Positions 9,898 to 20,543 of a stretch of 64,000 bases of DNA are shown here, piece after piece. The stretch is from an uncultured Actinomycetes bacterium (GTDB taxonomy: Bacteria; Actinomycetota; Acidimicrobiia; IMCC26256; DASPTH01). Position 1 is the stretch's first letter; the number at the start of each line of letters is the position of its first letter. A program made the translations under genes and the position numbers. The stretch is taken from positions 454,448 to 518,447 of the forward strand of contig CAVSEI010000006.1 of the NCBI GenBank assembly GCA_963726965.1. Direction: 5' to 3'. The notes under the pieces are model-generated. The model did not search any database. It saw nothing but the letters and a program-made list of their open reading frames with translations, and was not told where the DNA came from.

Positions 9898-10389
9898 TTA
9901 CCGGTTGGTCAGAGCGTTCCCACGAGCGGGCGGGCGGCCTTCACCCCAGGGTGCGGGGATGATCTCGACCCGTCCGCCGGCGCCTTCGATGGCGGTGACG
10001 GCACCCTGCGAGAACGCGTGCGCACGGACGGTGAGGGCCCGGGTCAGCGCCCCGCGACCGAGGATCTTCACCAGTCCACGCTTGGCCACCAGACCGTGTG
10101 CACGGAGGACACCGGGATCGACCTCGGAGCCGGCGTCGAGACCCTCGAGCGTGTCGAGGTTGACGACGACGTATTCCACGCGGAACGGGTTCTTGAACCC
10201 CTTCGCCTTCGGCGTGCGGCGGTGCAGCGGCGTCTGGCCGCCCTCGAAGCGGGGCGCGATGTTGTTGCGAGCGCCCTGACCCTTCGTCCCGCGGCCGGCG
10301 GTCTTTCCGCCCTTCCCGGCGATGCCACGCCCGACGCGGCGTCGGGGCGTCTTGGCGCCCGGTGCAGGTTGCAGGTCGTGGATCTTCAT
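9898..10389 (-). CDS. rplO: 50S ribosomal protein L15
   Basis: 163 aa, [38 protein letters not shown]... Confidence 0.95.
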   Translation of the reverse strand: MKIHDLQPAPGAKTPRRRVGRGIAGKGGKTAGRGTKGQGARNNIAPRFEGGQTPLHRRTPKAKGFKNPFRVEYVVVNLDTLEGLDAGSEVDPGVLRAHGLVAKRGLVKILGRGALTRALTVRAHAFSQGAVTAIEGAGGRVEIIPAPWGEGRPPARGNALTNR

Positions 10390-10577
10390 GCGCTGACCTC
10401 TTCGACGACGACGAGGTGCGGGACGCGGGCGACCATGCCCCGGATCTCCGGACGGTCGGGCAACTCGACGGTGTGGTTGATGCGACGGAGCCCGAGCGCG
10501 CGCATCGTGCCGCGGTGCTTGGGCTTCGTGCCGATCGTGGACTTCACCTGGGTGACTCGCAACATTCCTGGCATCAC
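10386..10577 (-). CDS. rpmD: 50S ribosomal protein L30
   Basis: 63 aa, ...[28 protein letters not shown]... The true start may be a few codons internal. Confidence 0.9.
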   Translation of the reverse strand: MMPGMLRVTQVKSTIGTKPKHRGTMRALGLRRINHTVELPDRPEIRGMVARVPHLVVVEEVSA

Positions 10578-11122
10578 ACGACCTCGGTGACTTCTGTCTT
10601 CTTCATGTTGCGCTCCCGGTAGGCGCGCAGCATGCCGGCGGTCGACACTTCTTCCGGCGACTTCCCACGGAGACGAGCCACCTCTTCCGGACGCCGCAGC
10701 TCCTGGAGCCCGTTGATGGTCGCGCGCGACACGTTGATCGCGTTCGACGAACCGAGGGACTTGGCCAGCACGTCGTGCACCCCGGCGGCTTCGAGGATGG
10801 CGCGGGCCGCGCCGCCGGCGATGACACCGGTACCGGGCGCCGCGGGCTTCAGCAGGACGCGCGCGGCGTCGTGCTCACCGATGATGGTGTGGGTGATGGT
10901 GTCGCCCGCGAGCGGCACGTTGAAGAGGCGCTTACGCGCTTCCTCCATGCCCTTCTGGATCGCCGCGGGCACTTCCTTGGCCTTGCCGTACCCGAGACCC
11001 ACGTTGCCGGCGCCGTCGCCGACCACGACGAGCGCGGTGAACGAGAACCGCCGGCCGCCCTTGACGACCTTGGCGACGCGGTTGATGGCGATGACTCGCT
11101 CTTCGAACTGGCCTTCGGCCAT
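10574..11122 (-). CDS. rpsE: 30S ribosomal protein S5
   Basis: 182 aa, ...[29 protein letters not shown]... Confidence 0.95.
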   Translation of the reverse strand: MAEGQFEERVIAINRVAKVVKGGRRFSFTALVVVGDGAGNVGLGYGKAKEVPAAIQKGMEEARKRLFNVPLAGDTITHTIIGEHDAARVLLKPAAPGTGVIAGGAARAILEAAGVHDVLAKSLGSSNAINVSRATINGLQELRRPEEVARLRGKSPEEVSTAGMLRAYRERNMKKTEVTEVV

Positions 11123-11146
11123 GGTGAGATCCTCTTCTTCTTCGAG

Positions 11147-11497
11147 TTAGAGCGTGAGCCCGGCTTCGCGGGCACCGTCGGCGATACCGGCCACACGACC
11201 GTGATAGCGGAAACCACCGCGGTCGAGCACCACGGTTTCGACGCCCGCACCCTTGGCGCGCTCGCCGACGAGCTTCCCGATCTTCTTCGCCGCGTCGACG
11301 GTCGCGGTGGCGCCGTCGAACGACTTCTCGATGGTGGACGCCGAGGCCAGCGTGACGCCGTTCACGTCGTCGATCACCTGGGCGTAGATGTGCTTGTTGG
11401 AACGGAACACCGCGAGACGCGGTCGCGCCGCGGTACCGCGGACCTTCTTGCGGACGCGCCGGTGGCGGCGTTCCCTGGCGACCTGACGGTTCTGCAT
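11147..11497 (-). CDS. rplR: 50S ribosomal protein L18
   Basis: ATG at 11497. 116 aa, [44 protein letters not shown]... Confidence 0.93.
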   Translation of the reverse strand: MQNRQVARERRHRRVRKKVRGTAARPRLAVFRSNKHIYAQVIDDVNGVTLASASTIEKSFDGATATVDAAKKIGKLVGERAKGAGVETVVLDRGGFRYHGRVAGIADGAREAGLTL

Positions 11498-11522
11498 GAT
11501 CGTCTTCTCTTCTCCGGCGCTT

Positions 11523-12062
11523 CTACTTCGCCGACTTGCCGGCCTTGCGCAGGACGCGCTCGTCGGCGTAGCGGATGCCCTTGCCCTTGTACGGCTCGGG
11601 CTTGCGAATCTTGCGGATGTCGGCGGCCACCTGACCGACGAGCTGCTTGTCGTAGCCCCGCACGGTGATGCGGGTCGGGATCGGCACCTCGAACTCCACG
11701 CCCTCCGGCGCGTCGACGGTGACCGGGTGCGAGAACCCGAGCTGCAGGTCGAGGTGCTGGGGACCGGCGGCGGCGGCGCGATACCCGACGCCGACGATCT
11801 CGAGCTCCTTGACGAAGCCCTCGGACACGCCCACCACCATGTTCGCGATGAGCGACCGGGTGAGGCCGTGTAGCGCACGGTGCTCGCGCTCGTCGTCAGG
11901 TCGACCGACGATGAGGTCGTCGCCCTCGCGCGAGACGGTGATGTCCGCGGGCGCGTCGTGCTCGAGGGTCCCCTTGGGGCCCTTCACCGTGACGTGGCCA
12001 CCGTCGAGCGTGACCTCGACCCCGCTCGGGATCGGGATGGGCTTCTTGCCGATACGAGACAT
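11523..12062 (-). CDS. rplF: 50S ribosomal protein L6
   Basis: 179 aa, [21 protein letters not shown]... Confidence 0.95.
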   Translation of the reverse strand: MSRIGKKPIPIPSGVEVTLDGGHVTVKGPKGTLEHDAPADITVSREGDDLIVGRPDDEREHRALHGLTRSLIANMVVGVSEGFVKELEIVGVGYRAAAAGPQHLDLQLGFSHPVTVDAPEGVEFEVPIPTRITVRGYDKQLVGQVAADIRKIRKPEPYKGKGIRYADERVLRKAGKSAK

Positions 12063-12074
12063 AGGAGGACTCCG

Positions 12075-12476
12075 TTACCAGACCTGGCAGAGGACTTCGC
12101 CGCCGACGCGACGCTGACGCGCCTCGCGGTCGGTCATGAGGCCCTGGTTGGTCGAGAGGATGGCGATGCCCATCCCGCCGAGGACGCGCGGCACGTCGGT
12201 CGACGCCGAGTACACGCGGAGCCCGGGCTTCGAGACGCGCTTCAGTCCGGAGATCGTGCGCTTGCGATCCGGCGTGTACTTCAGTTCGATCTTGAGCTGC
12301 TGTCCGGGCTTGGTCGCGTCCTTCGAGACGTCGAAACCCGCGATGTAGCCCTCGCGCTCGAGGATGCGCGCCAGCGCCTCCTTCAGCTTCGAGGACGGCA
12401 TCAGGACCTCGTCGTGGAACGCGATGTTGGCGTTGCGCAGACGGGTCAGCATGTCGGCGATCGGGTCGGTCATCAT
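12075..12476 (-). CDS. rpsH: 30S ribosomal protein S8
   Basis: 133 aa, [15 protein letters not shown]... Confidence 0.95.
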   Translation of the reverse strand: MMTDPIADMLTRLRNANIAFHDEVLMPSSKLKEALARILEREGYIAGFDVSKDATKPGQQLKIELKYTPDRKRTISGLKRVSKPGLRVYSASTDVPRVLGGMGIAILSTNQGLMTDREARQRRVGGEVLCQVW

Positions 12477-12492
12477 GAGCGCACCAACCTCC

Positions 12493-12678
12493 TCACCACG
12501 AGGCCTTGGTCACACCGGGCACTTCGCCGGCGTGGACCATGGTGCGGAAGCAGATCCGGCACAGGCCGAAGCGCTTGTACACCGAGCGGGCGCGGCCACA
12601 GCGGCGACACCGCGTGTACCCGCGCACCTTGAACTTCGGCGTGCGCTGTTGCTTCTGGACGAGGGCTTTCTTTGCCAT
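12493..12678 (-). CDS. rpsN: 30S ribosomal protein S14, zinc-binding type Z
   Basis: 61 aa with CRRCGR...CRIC. Confidence 0.95.
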   Translation of the reverse strand: MAKKALVQKQQRTPKFKVRGYTRCRRCGRARSVYKRFGLCRICFRTMVHAGEVPGVTKASW

Positions 12679-12796
12679 CTCTATTGCTCCGCTTCCACTG
12701 CCACGATGGCTCGCTCCCTGCGGCTCGGGATACCCGAGCCGCGGACGGTCGCTCGCGTGCGAATTCCGTTCGCGTTGATCGTGTCCGGTTGATGGT
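12679..12796 (-). repeat. palindromic intergenic repeat element, copy B (rplE-rpsN spacer)
   Basis: 118-nt spacer. Palindrome GCGGCTCGGGATACCCGAGCCGC at 12720-12742, which differs from copies A and C by three compensated base pairs. Shares the 23-nt start-proximal block with copy A. Confidence 0.65.
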
Positions 12797-13378
12797 TCAT
12801 GATCCGCTCTGCTCGTCGCGGCGGAACGGGAAACCGAGAGCTCGGAGCAGTGCCCGGCCCTGGTCGTCGGTCGTGCCCGTGGTGACGATGGTGATGTCCA
12901 TCCCCCGGACGCTGTCGATCTTGTCGTAATCGATCTCGGGAAAGATCAGCTGCTCGGTGACGCCGAAGGTGTAGTTCCCCCGGCCGTCGAACACGTTCGG
13001 GTTGAGGCCACGGAAGTCGCGGATCCTCGGGATCGCGATGCTCACGAGGCGGTCGTAGAACTCCCACATGCGGTCACCGCGCAGGGTGACCTTGGCCCCG
13101 ATGGCCTGGCCCTCACGGAGCTTGAAGCCCGCGATCGACTTCTTGGCCCGGGTGACGAGCGGCTTCTGGCCCGTGATCAACGTGAGGTCGGCGACCGCGC
13201 CGTCGAGCAGCGACTGCTGCACCGTGGCCCGACCGACTCCGCAGTTGAGGACGATCTTCTCCATGCGCGGCACCTGCATCACGTTGCCGAGCTCGAGCTC
13301 GTCCTTGAGCGCGGGCATCAACTCGGTGAGGTACCGCTCCTTGAGGCGCGGACGCACGGCAGTGCTCTCGGGGCTCAC
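12797..13378 (-). CDS. rplE: 50S ribosomal protein L5
   Basis: GTG at 13378 overlaps the rplX stop. 193 aa, ...[41 protein letters not shown]... Confidence 0.93.
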   Translation of the reverse strand: MSPESTAVRPRLKERYLTELMPALKDELELGNVMQVPRMEKIVLNCGVGRATVQQSLLDGAVADLTLITGQKPLVTRAKKSIAGFKLREGQAIGAKVTLRGDRMWEFYDRLVSIAIPRIRDFRGLNPNVFDGRGNYTFGVTEQLIFPEIDYDKIDSVRGMDITIVTTGTTDDQGRALLRALGFPFRRDEQSGS

Positions 13379-13707
13379 AGCTCGGCTCCACACTTCCGAC
13401 AGACGCGGTGCTTCTCGCCGTTCGGATCGATGCGGTATCCGACCTTGACCGGGCCGTCCTTGCCGCACACGAGCATCAGGTTCGAGACGTGGATCGGCAT
13501 CGCCTTGTCCTGGATGCCACCCTGCATCGTCGCTTTGGTCGGCTTCTGGTGCTTCTTGGCGACGTTGATGCCTTCGGAGCTCTCGACGATCACCTTGTTG
13601 CGCTCGGGGAACACGTGCGCGATCTCGCCCCGCTTGCCGATGTCCTTCCCCTGGATGACCTGCACGTGGTCACCCTTCTTGAGCTTCATCTTCGGCTTCA
13701 CGGTCAT
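13375..13707 (-). CDS. rplX: 50S ribosomal protein L24
   Basis: ATG at 13707. 110 aa, [29 protein letters not shown]... Confidence 0.93.
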   Translation of the reverse strand: MTVKPKMKLKKGDHVQVIQGKDIGKRGEIAHVFPERNKVIVESSEGINVAKKHQKPTKATMQGGIQDKAMPIHVSNLMLVCGKDGPVKVGYRIDPNGEKHRVCRKCGAEL

Positions 13708-14075
13708 CACAGCACCTCCGGTGCCAGCGAGACGATGCGCATGAACCGACGGTCGCGCAGCTCCCGGCCCACCGGGCCGAAGATGCGCGTCCCGCGGGGC
13801 TGCATCTGCTCGTTGATCAGCACCGCCGCGTTCTCGTCGAAACGGATGTAGCTCCCGTCCGGACGGCGGCGTTCCTTCTTCGTGCGGACGACGACGCATT
13901 TCACGACGTCACCCTTCTTGACTGCTGCACCGGGCACCGCGTCCTTCACGGTGGCGACGAAGATGTCGCCGATGCCCGCATAGCGCCGGCGGGTACCGCC
14001 GAGCACCTTGATGCAGAGCACCTCGCGCGCACCGGAGTTGTCGGCCACCTTGAGCCGGCTCTCCTGCTGGATCAT
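13707..14075 (-). CDS. rplN: 50S ribosomal protein L14
   Basis: 122 aa, [27 protein letters not shown]... Confidence 0.95.
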   Translation of the reverse strand: MIQQESRLKVADNSGAREVLCIKVLGGTRRRYAGIGDIFVATVKDAVPGAAVKKGDVVKCVVVRTKKERRRPDGSYIRFDENAAVLINEQMQPRGTRIFGPVGRELRDRRFMRIVSLAPEVL

Positions 14076-14350
14076 CGCTGCCTCTCCAGCACTTCGAGGA
14101 CACGCCAGTGCTTCAGCTTCGAAAGCGGACGGGTCTCCGCCACCCGCACCCGGTCACCCTCTTGGGCCTCGTTCTTCTCGTCGTGTGCGTAGAGGTGACT
14201 CGTCTTCTGCAGGGTCTTGCCGTAGCGACGGTGACGGACGCGGGCGACCACGGCGACCACGACGGTCTTGTCCATCTTCACGGAGATCACGATCCCTTCC
14301 TTCACCTTGCGGCGAGTGGTCCGTGTCTCCTCGGTGGTGTCGTCAACCAT
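14072..14350 (-). CDS. rpsQ: 30S ribosomal protein S17
   Basis: 92 aa, ...[33 protein letters not shown]... Confidence 0.95.
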   Translation of the reverse strand: MVDDTTEETRTTRRKVKEGIVISVKMDKTVVVAVVARVRHRRYGKTLQKTSHLYAHDEKNEAQEGDRVRVAETRPLSKLKHWRVLEVLERQR

Positions 14351-14359
14351 GGGTGACTC

Positions 14360-14578
14360 CTACGCTTCCAGCTGTTCGGCGGCGGCGATCTCGCGCTCGC
14401 GCAACAGCGTCTCGATGCGGGCTACTTCGCGTCTCACCTGCGGGATCCGCGCGATGTTGTCGAGCTGGCCGGTGGCGTTCTGGAAGCGGAGGTTGAAGAG
14501 CTCCTCCTTCGCCTCCCCCAGCCGGTGCTCGAGTTCGGTGTCGTTCAGTTCGCGCAGCTCTGCTGCTCGAGTTGCCAT
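14360..14578 (-). CDS. rpmC: 50S ribosomal protein L29
   Basis: ATG at 14578. 72 aa, [39 protein letters not shown]... Confidence 0.92.
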   Translation of the reverse strand: MATRAAELRELNDTELEHRLGEAKEELFNLRFQNATGQLDNIARIPQVRREVARIETLLREREIAAAEQLEA

Positions 14579-14583
14579 CGCAA

Positions 14584-15000
14584 TCAACCCTCGTCCTGGC
14601 GGACCACGAAACGGGTCTTGATGGGGAGCTTGTGCATCGCGAGCCGCATGGCCTCGCGCGCGGTGGGCTCCGGGACGCCGGAGAGCTCGAACATCACTCG
14701 TCCGGGCTTGACCACGGCGACCCAGTGCTCGGGGTTGCCCTTCCCCGAACCCATGCGGGTCTCCGCCGGCTTCTGGGTGACGGGCTTGTCCGGGAAGATG
14801 TTGATCCAGACCTTCCCACCGCGCTTGATGTAGCGGGTCATCGCGATACGGGCGGCCTCGATCTGGCGGTTGGTGATCCACCCGGGCTCGAGCGCCTGGA
14901 TCCCGAAGTCGCCGAAGGTCACGCGCGTGCCACCCTTCGAGATACCGGTCATCCGGCCTCGGTGGGTCTTGCGGTGACGAACCTTGCGGGGCATCAGCAT
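14584..15000 (-). CDS. rplP: 50S ribosomal protein L16
   Basis: 138 aa, [24 protein letters not shown]... Confidence 0.95.
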   Translation of the reverse strand: MLMPRKVRHRKTHRGRMTGISKGGTRVTFGDFGIQALEPGWITNRQIEAARIAMTRYIKRGGKVWINIFPDKPVTQKPAETRMGSGKGNPEHWVAVVKPGRVMFELSGVPEPTAREAMRLAMHKLPIKTRFVVRQDEG

Positions 15001-15005
15001 CGCGA

Positions 15006-15932
15006 TCAGTCCTCGTCCCCGTGGAACTTGGGTGCTTCGTGGTGCTGGCCCTGACGGGTCCGACGCTCGATCTCTTCCTCTTCGGCGAGGAGTCGCTCGA
15101 GCTCGGGGTCGGCTTCCTTGACCAGCGGGGCGGCCTCGTCGGGCAGATCGTCCGGTGCACCTTCGACCTGCGTGGCTTCGCCCGCCGGGCGACGACGACC
15201 GCCACCGGCGCTGACCACGCGCCGTTGCGGACCCTGGCCCGAGGTCTCGCCGACGGCCATCGCCGCTTCCTTCTGGATCTTGTCTTCTGCGGCCGACTTG
15301 TAGGGGAGGATCTCACCCTTGTAGATCCACACCTTCACGCCGATGCGACCGAACGTGGTCTTGGCTTCGGCCTCGCCGTAGTCGATGTCGGCGCGCAACG
15401 TGTGCAGCGGCACCCGACCCTCGCGGTACCACTCCTTGCGCGACATCTCCGCGCCGCCGAGCCGTCCGCTGCACTGGACGCGGATGCCCTGGGCCCCCGC
15501 CTTCATCGCGGTCTGGACCGCGCGCTTCATCGCCCGCCGGAAGGAGACGCGGCCGGTGAGCTGATCGGCGACACCCTGCGCGATGAGGGTGGCGTCGAGC
15601 TCGGGCTGCTTGATCTCCTGGATGTTGAAGTGGATCTTCGGGTTCCCGGTGATCTTGAGCAGCCCGGCGCGGAGACGGTCGGCCTCGGCGCCACGACGAC
15701 CGATGACGATGCCCGGACGCGCGGTGTAGACGTCGACGCGCAGCCGGTCGCGCGTGCGCTCGATCTCGACCCGGCTCACCGCGGCGCGCTCCAGTTGGCG
15801 CTTGAGGTAATCGCGGATCTTCCAGTCCTCGATGAGGCTCTCGCGGTATTCCTTGTCCTCCGCGAACCACCGCGACTTCCAGTCGGTGGTGATCCCGAGG
15901 CGGAACCCGTAGGGGTTGACCTTCTGACCCAT
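15006..15932 (-). CDS. rpsC: 30S ribosomal protein S3 with long charged C-terminal tail
   Basis: 308 aa, [24 protein letters not shown]... Roughly the last 90 aa are a low-complexity charged extension. Confidence 0.95.
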   Translation of the reverse strand: MGQKVNPYGFRLGITTDWKSRWFAEDKEYRESLIEDWKIRDYLKRQLERAAVSRVEIERTRDRLRVDVYTARPGIVIGRRGAEADRLRAGLLKITGNPKIHFNIQEIKQPELDATLIAQGVADQLTGRVSFRRAMKRAVQTAMKAGAQGIRVQCSGRLGGAEMSRKEWYREGRVPLHTLRADIDYGEAEAKTTFGRIGVKVWIYKGEILPYKSAAEDKIQKEAAMAVGETSGQGPQRRVVSAGGGRRRPAGEATQVEGAPDDLPDEAAPLVKEADPELERLLAEEEEIERRTRQGQHHEAPKFHGDED

Positions 15933-15934
15933 TC

Positions 15935-16585
15935 CTACTCCACTTCCTGGTCGCGCTCGCTCGACGCCGGGGTGCCCGTCGTCGCCCCTTCGGGGTCGCT
16001 CGGCTGCTCCGAACCTTCAGGCTTCTCGGCCGTCTCGTCCTCGGCGGCTTCTGCGTCGACCTCGACCTCATCGACCTCGTCGACTTCTTCGTCATGGTCG
16101 TGGTCGTCGTGATCGTGATCGTGTTCCGCCTCGCGGGCGGCCTCACGCTCGGCCTTGCGCTGGCTCCCGGCCACCCGGCGACGACGACTGGCGCGCTGGG
16201 CCTGGGTGTCGGCGGCCTCGCGCTTGCGACGCTGCTCGAGCTCGTCGTCCTCGTAGCGCGCCACGATGACGGTGATGTGGCTGGTGCGCTTGCGGATGCG
16301 GGTCCCGCGACCGCGGGCACGCGGGCGCCACCGCTTCATCGTGGGGCCCTCGTCGGCGAAGGCGCGCGTGACGAAGAGCTCCTCCTCGGGCACGTTGTCG
16401 TTGTGCTCGGCATTCGCGACCGCGGAGTCGAGCAGCTTCATGACCGTCTCGGCGGGACCACGCTCACAGAAGCGCAGGATCTCGCGGGCGTCGGCGACGT
16501 CCTTGCCGACGATCAGGCGGAGCACCTGGCGGACCTTGGTCGGCGAGGTGCGGTGGTGGCGCAGGCGCGCGACGGTCTCGGGCAT
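15935..16585 (-). CDS. rplV: 50S ribosomal protein L22 with ~100-aa acidic/His-rich C-terminal tail
   Basis: ATG at 16585 overlaps the rpsS stop (TAATG). The core [30 protein letters not shown]...[10 protein letters not shown] is followed by ...[24 protein letters not shown]... Confidence 0.9.
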   Translation of the reverse strand: MPETVARLRHHRTSPTKVRQVLRLIVGKDVADAREILRFCERGPAETVMKLLDSAVANAEHNDNVPEEELFVTRAFADEGPTMKRWRPRARGRGTRIRKRTSHITVIVARYEDDELEQRRKREAADTQAQRASRRRRVAGSQRKAEREAAREAEHDHDHDDHDHDEEVDEVDEVEVDAEAAEDETAEKPEGSEQPSDPEGATTGTPASSERDQEVE

Positions 16586-16863
16586 TATCGACGACTCGAT
16601 CGCTCTTGGCCGGCGTGGTACCGGAACGTGCGGGTGGGGGCGAACTCGCCGAGCTTGTGACCGACCATCGCCTCGGTGACGTAGACGGGCACGTGCTTGC
16701 GCCCGTCGTGCACCGCGAGCGTGTGCCCGACCATGTCGGGCGTGATGGTGGATCGGCGCGACCACGTCTTGATCACCTTGCGTTCGCCGGCCGCGTTCAT
16801 CGCGTCGACCTTCTTCTGCAGGTGGTCGTCGACGAACGGCCCCTTCTTCAGGCTGCGCGGCAT
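16585..16863 (-). CDS. rpsS: 30S ribosomal protein S19
   Basis: 92 aa, [19 protein letters not shown]... Confidence 0.95.
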   Translation of the reverse strand: MPRSLKKGPFVDDHLQKKVDAMNAAGERKVIKTWSRRSTITPDMVGHTLAVHDGRKHVPVYVTEAMVGHKLGEFAPTRTFRYHAGQERSSRR

Positions 16864-16866
16864 CGC

Positions 16867-17705
16867 TTACCTCCGGGCTCCGCGGCCACGACGGCGGCGG
16901 ATGATGAGCTCGTCGGACTTCTTGCCCTTCTTGCGGGTACGCCCTTCGGGCTTGCCCCACGGCGACACCGGGTGGCGTCCCCCGGAGCTCTTGCCCTCGC
17001 CACCACCGAGTGGGTGGTCGACGGGGTTCATGCGCGACGCCCCGCACGTGCGGACGCTTGCCCTTCCAGCGGTTGCGACCGGCCTTCCCGATCTTGACCA
17101 GCGCCGGCTTCGCTGTTCCCGACCGAGCCGACGGTGCCCCGGCAGTCGATGGGGACGCGGCGCATCTCGGTGGAGGGCAGCCGCAAGGTCGCGAACTGAC
17201 CCTCCTTGGCCACCAGCTGGATCGACGCGCCGGCGCCGCGGCCGAGCTTGCCGCCCGCACCGGGCTTCAACTCGACGTTGTGCACGGTGGTACCGACCGG
17301 GATGTACCGCAGCGGAAGCGCGTTGCCGGGCCGGATCTCCGAACCCTGGCCGCTCTGCAGCAGATCGCCGACCTCCAGACCCTGCGGGGCGATGATGTAG
17401 CGCTTCTCGCCGTCGAGATAGTGGAGCAGCGCGATGCGCGCGTTGCGGTTGGGGTCGTACTCGATCGACGCGACCTTCGCGGGAACGCAGTCCTTGTTGC
17501 GACGGAAGTCGACGACGCGGTACTTCTGCTTGTGGCCACCACCGCGGTGACGCGACGTCATGCGGCCGTACGAGTTCCGTCCACCGGTGCGCGGCTTCGG
17601 CTTGGTGAGCGACTTCTCGGGCTTGTCGCGGGTGATCTCGGCGAAGTCGGAGACGGTCTGGAACCGGCGACCGGGACTGGTGGGCTTGCGCTTGCGGACC
17701 GGCAT
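16867..17705 (-). CDS. rplB: 50S ribosomal protein L2, frame broken twice as given (surplus bases near 17100-17106 and 17031-17036)
   Basis: [16 protein letters not shown]...[19 protein letters not shown] in frame 1. [23 protein letters not shown] in frame 2. [54 protein letters not shown] plus TAA at 16869-16867 in frame 3. Length minus 2 nt gives 278 aa. Confidence 0.9.
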
Positions 17706-17707
17706 CG

Positions 17708-18005
17708 TCAGCTCCCGAAGATCTCGATGCGGTCGCCCTCGGCGAGAGAGACGATCGCCCGCTTGGCGTCGGGGCGCGAGCCGAAGCGTGCCGCTGCGGC
17801 GGTTGCGCTTGCGCTTGCCCTTGCGGTTGATCGTGTTCACGTTGGTGACCCGCACGTCGAAGATCGTCTCGATGGCGTTGCGGATCTCGATCTTGTTGGC
17901 ATCACCAGCGACGACGAACGTGTACACGTTCTCGTCGAACGCGGCGTAGGACTTCTCGGAGACGACGGGCCGGATGATGATGTCGCGGGGGTTCTTGTTG
18001 CTCAT
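17708..18005 (-). CDS. rplW: 50S ribosomal protein L23, frame broken as given (near 17786-17795)
   Basis: [32 protein letters not shown]...[14 protein letters not shown], then the expected tail [25 protein letters not shown] plus TGA (17710-17708) in the next frame. As given, the ORF runs on into rplB. Confidence 0.88.
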
Positions 18006-18683
18006 GCGGTGTCACCCGCTTCCTCATCGGCAGCCGGCTTCGCCCCGAAACGCGCGACCGCGGCTTCGAGGGTCGGCTTGCTGAAGACCAGCCAGTCGTT
18101 CACCAGGATGTCGTAGGTGTTGAGCTCGTCTGGGATCACGAGCTGCACGCGGTGCTCCGAGGTTGCGGAACGACTTCCACACCGCTTCCTCGTCGCGCTG
18201 GAGCACGAGGAGCACGCGCTCGTCGCGCTCACCGGCGGTTCGCAGCCCGACGGCCGCGAGCAACTCGATCGCGGCCTTGGTGCGGGGCTCGGTGATCCCC
18301 CACTCGTCGAGGACGAGGACCTTGCCCTCGGCCGCCCGGTCCGACAGCGCGGAACGCAGCGCGAGACGGATCATCTTCTTGGGGGTGCGCTGGCGGTAGT
18401 CGCGTGGCTTCGGGCCGTGCGCCACCCCGCCACCGCGCCAGTGCGGGGCGCGGATCGAACCCTGGCGGGCCCGGCCGGTGCCCTTCTGGCGCCACGGCTT
18501 GGCCCCGCCACCGCGGACCTCGGCCCGGGTCTTGGTGCTGTGGGTCCCCGATCGGGCGGCCGCGAGCTGGGCCGTGACCACCTGGTGCATCACCGAGGTG
18601 TTCGGCGTGATCCCGAAGAGCTCGTCCGGCACGTCGACCGTGCCGGCAGCGGCGCCGCCCGCCGACTTCACGTCGAGCTTCAT
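18002..18683 (-). CDS. rplD: 50S ribosomal protein L4, frame broken as given (near 18153-18160)
   Basis: [10 protein letters not shown]...[32 protein letters not shown]...[11 protein letters not shown], then [38 protein letters not shown]... in the next frame (ORF 18002..18232). Confidence 0.88.
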
Positions 18684-19387
18684 GCCGCACCTCCCTGCCG
18701 TTCCGGCACGGAGCCGGCTTGCCGTTCCGGCACGGAGCCGGCTTGCACGACCGGCTTCTTGGCCGCGTTCTTGACGAACACGAGGCTGCCGTTCGGACCG
18801 GGCACCGCGCCCTTGACCAGGAGAATGCCGCGCTCGGCGTCGCCCTCGACCACCTCGAGGTTCTGGGTGGTCGTCCGCTTGTTGCCGTGCTGGCCTGCCA
18901 TCTTCATGCCCTTGAACACGCGGGCGGGAGTGGCGCAGGCGCCGATCGCGCCCGGGGACCGGTGCTTCTTGTGGTTCCCGTGCGATGCGCCCTGACCCTT
19001 GAAGTTGTGCCGCACCATCGCCCCGGTGAAGCCCTTGCCCTTGCTGATGCCGGTGACGTCGACGCGCTCGCCGGCGCCGAACACGTCAGCACCGATGACC
19101 TGGCCGACCTCGAAACCCGAGAGGTCGTCGACCCGGAGCTCGGCAACGTGGCGCAGCGGCGGCGCGTCGGCCTTCTTCAGATGGCCGAGCTCGGGCTTGG
19201 AGAGCCGGCTCTGCTTGGTGTCGCCGAACGCGAGCTGGACGGCCGCGTAGCCGTCGCGCTCGGGCGTCTTGAGCTGGACGACGCGACACGGCCCGGCTTC
19301 GATCACCGTCACCGGGACGACACGGTGCTCGTCGTCCCAGATCTGGGTCATGCCGAGCTTGCGCCCGAGAATCCCTTTGGCAGACAT
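18680..19387 (-). CDS. rplC: 50S ribosomal protein L3 (C-terminus carries a perfect 24-bp tandem duplication)
   Basis: 235 aa, [34 protein letters not shown]... The tail reads ...[21 protein letters not shown]. Confidence 0.95.
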   Translation of the reverse strand: MSAKGILGRKLGMTQIWDDEHRVVPVTVIEAGPCRVVQLKTPERDGYAAVQLAFGDTKQSRLSKPELGHLKKADAPPLRHVAELRVDDLSGFEVGQVIGADVFGAGERVDVTGISKGKGFTGAMVRHNFKGQGASHGNHKKHRSPGAIGACATPARVFKGMKMAGQHGNKRTTTQNLEVVEGDAERGILLVKGAVPGPNGSLVFVKNAAKKPVVQAGSVPERQAGSVPERQGGAA

Positions 19388-19409
19388 GATCAGTCTCGCT
19401 TCACGCGAA

Positions 19410-19439
19410 CGCTCCGCCCGGTGAAGTACCGGCGGAGCG
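19410..19439 (-). promoter_or_regulatory. perfect 9-bp stem-loop in the rplC 5' leader
   Basis: CGCTCCGCC, a 12-nt loop, then GGCGGAGCG, located 23 nt upstream of the rplC start. Function unknown. Confidence 0.3.
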
Positions 19440-19650
19440 TCGATCGGTTGTGCTGCGTGGTTCTGAACCAGGGACGGCTCAGCCTGCGCAGACTTCGGTT
19501 GGCGAACGTTTCGAGTAGTGCGCCGTCAGCCGTGGACAGGGCCGAGTGGCGAGCCCAGAAAGACTACAGGCTGGGCCTCGGGGCCACCAAGTCGGCGCTC
19601 ATCCCACGTGGATGATGACGTGCGGGCGGGGCGCGCCGTAGGTTGACGCC

Positions 19651-20528
19651 GTGTCCGGGTCCTACGTCGCGCTGCCCGAAGACTGGGAACGGGCCGATCC
19701 CGGGGGCCTGGGCCCGTTCGTGACGCGGGAGTCGTTCCTCGCCCCCGACGGGTCGGTGGTGGCGTGGTCGTCGCGGGAGCACCGCAAGCAGGCCGGTCGC
19801 TTCGACGCCGGTCGCGGCTCGACCTGGTGGGCACCCTCGGCCATGGGCTGGTGGATCGGCGTGCTCTTCGCCATCGGTTCGCTGTGCTTCACCGTCGGCC
19901 CCTTCCCCGGCTTCGTCGGCCTGGTCGGGACCGACGCCGACGCGATCGTGTTCTTCGTCGGCTCGATCTTCTTCACCAGCGCCGCCTTCCTGCAGTACCT
20001 GCAGACGGTCAACGCCCCCCACGCCCTCGCCGCGGGAGCCGGCGACCGGTTCCGCTTCTGGACGTGGGAGCCCGGTCGGATCGACTGGAGTGCGAGCCTC
20101 GTGCAACTCGTCGGCACGGTCTTCTTCAACGTCACCACCCTCGCCGCCATCGACACCACCCTCAACGCGACGCAGGCGCATCGCCTCGTGTACGTCCCCG
20201 ACGCGGCCGGCTCCGTGTGCTTCCTCGTTGCCAGCGGGCTGGCCTGGTTCGAGGTCAGCCACGGCTGGTGGTCCTGGAACGCGCGCAGCGTGTCGTGGCG
20301 CATCGCGGCGCTGAACCTCGCCGGGTCGGTCGCGTTCGGCGTGTCCGCGGTTGCGTCGAAGATCGTCCCGACGACGGGTGACCCGCGCAACATCATGCTC
20401 GTGAACCTCGGGACGGCCGTCGGCGGTGCCTGTTTCCTCGTGGGTGCGCTCCTCCTGCTTCCGGAACGCACCCTTCCGGAACGCACCTCCCGGAACGCGC
20501 CCCCACTCCGTCCGCGACAATGCACTGA
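19651..20528 (+). CDS. multi-pass membrane protein of unknown function, frame broken near 20486-20488 as given
   Basis: Six hydrophobic segments, each with a G-S/T-x-x-F-like motif (IGSLCF, VGSIFF, VGTVFF, AGSVCF, AGSVAF, VGGACF). As given, the ORF overruns gadB by 229 nt. Restoring one C in the third LPER repeat gives ...LPERTLPERTLPERAPTPSATMH plus TGA at 20526-20528, just before the gadB SD. Confidence 0.6.
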
Positions 20529-20543
20529 ACCAAGGAGGCTGCA

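Noticed and set aside
17028-18005. 325-aa ORF that looks like an L23-L2 fusion protein.
   Set aside because: It is produced by a frame break in the L23 tail. The authentic L23 C-terminus and stop (17710-17708) are intact in the adjacent frame, and L2 has its own ATG at 17705.
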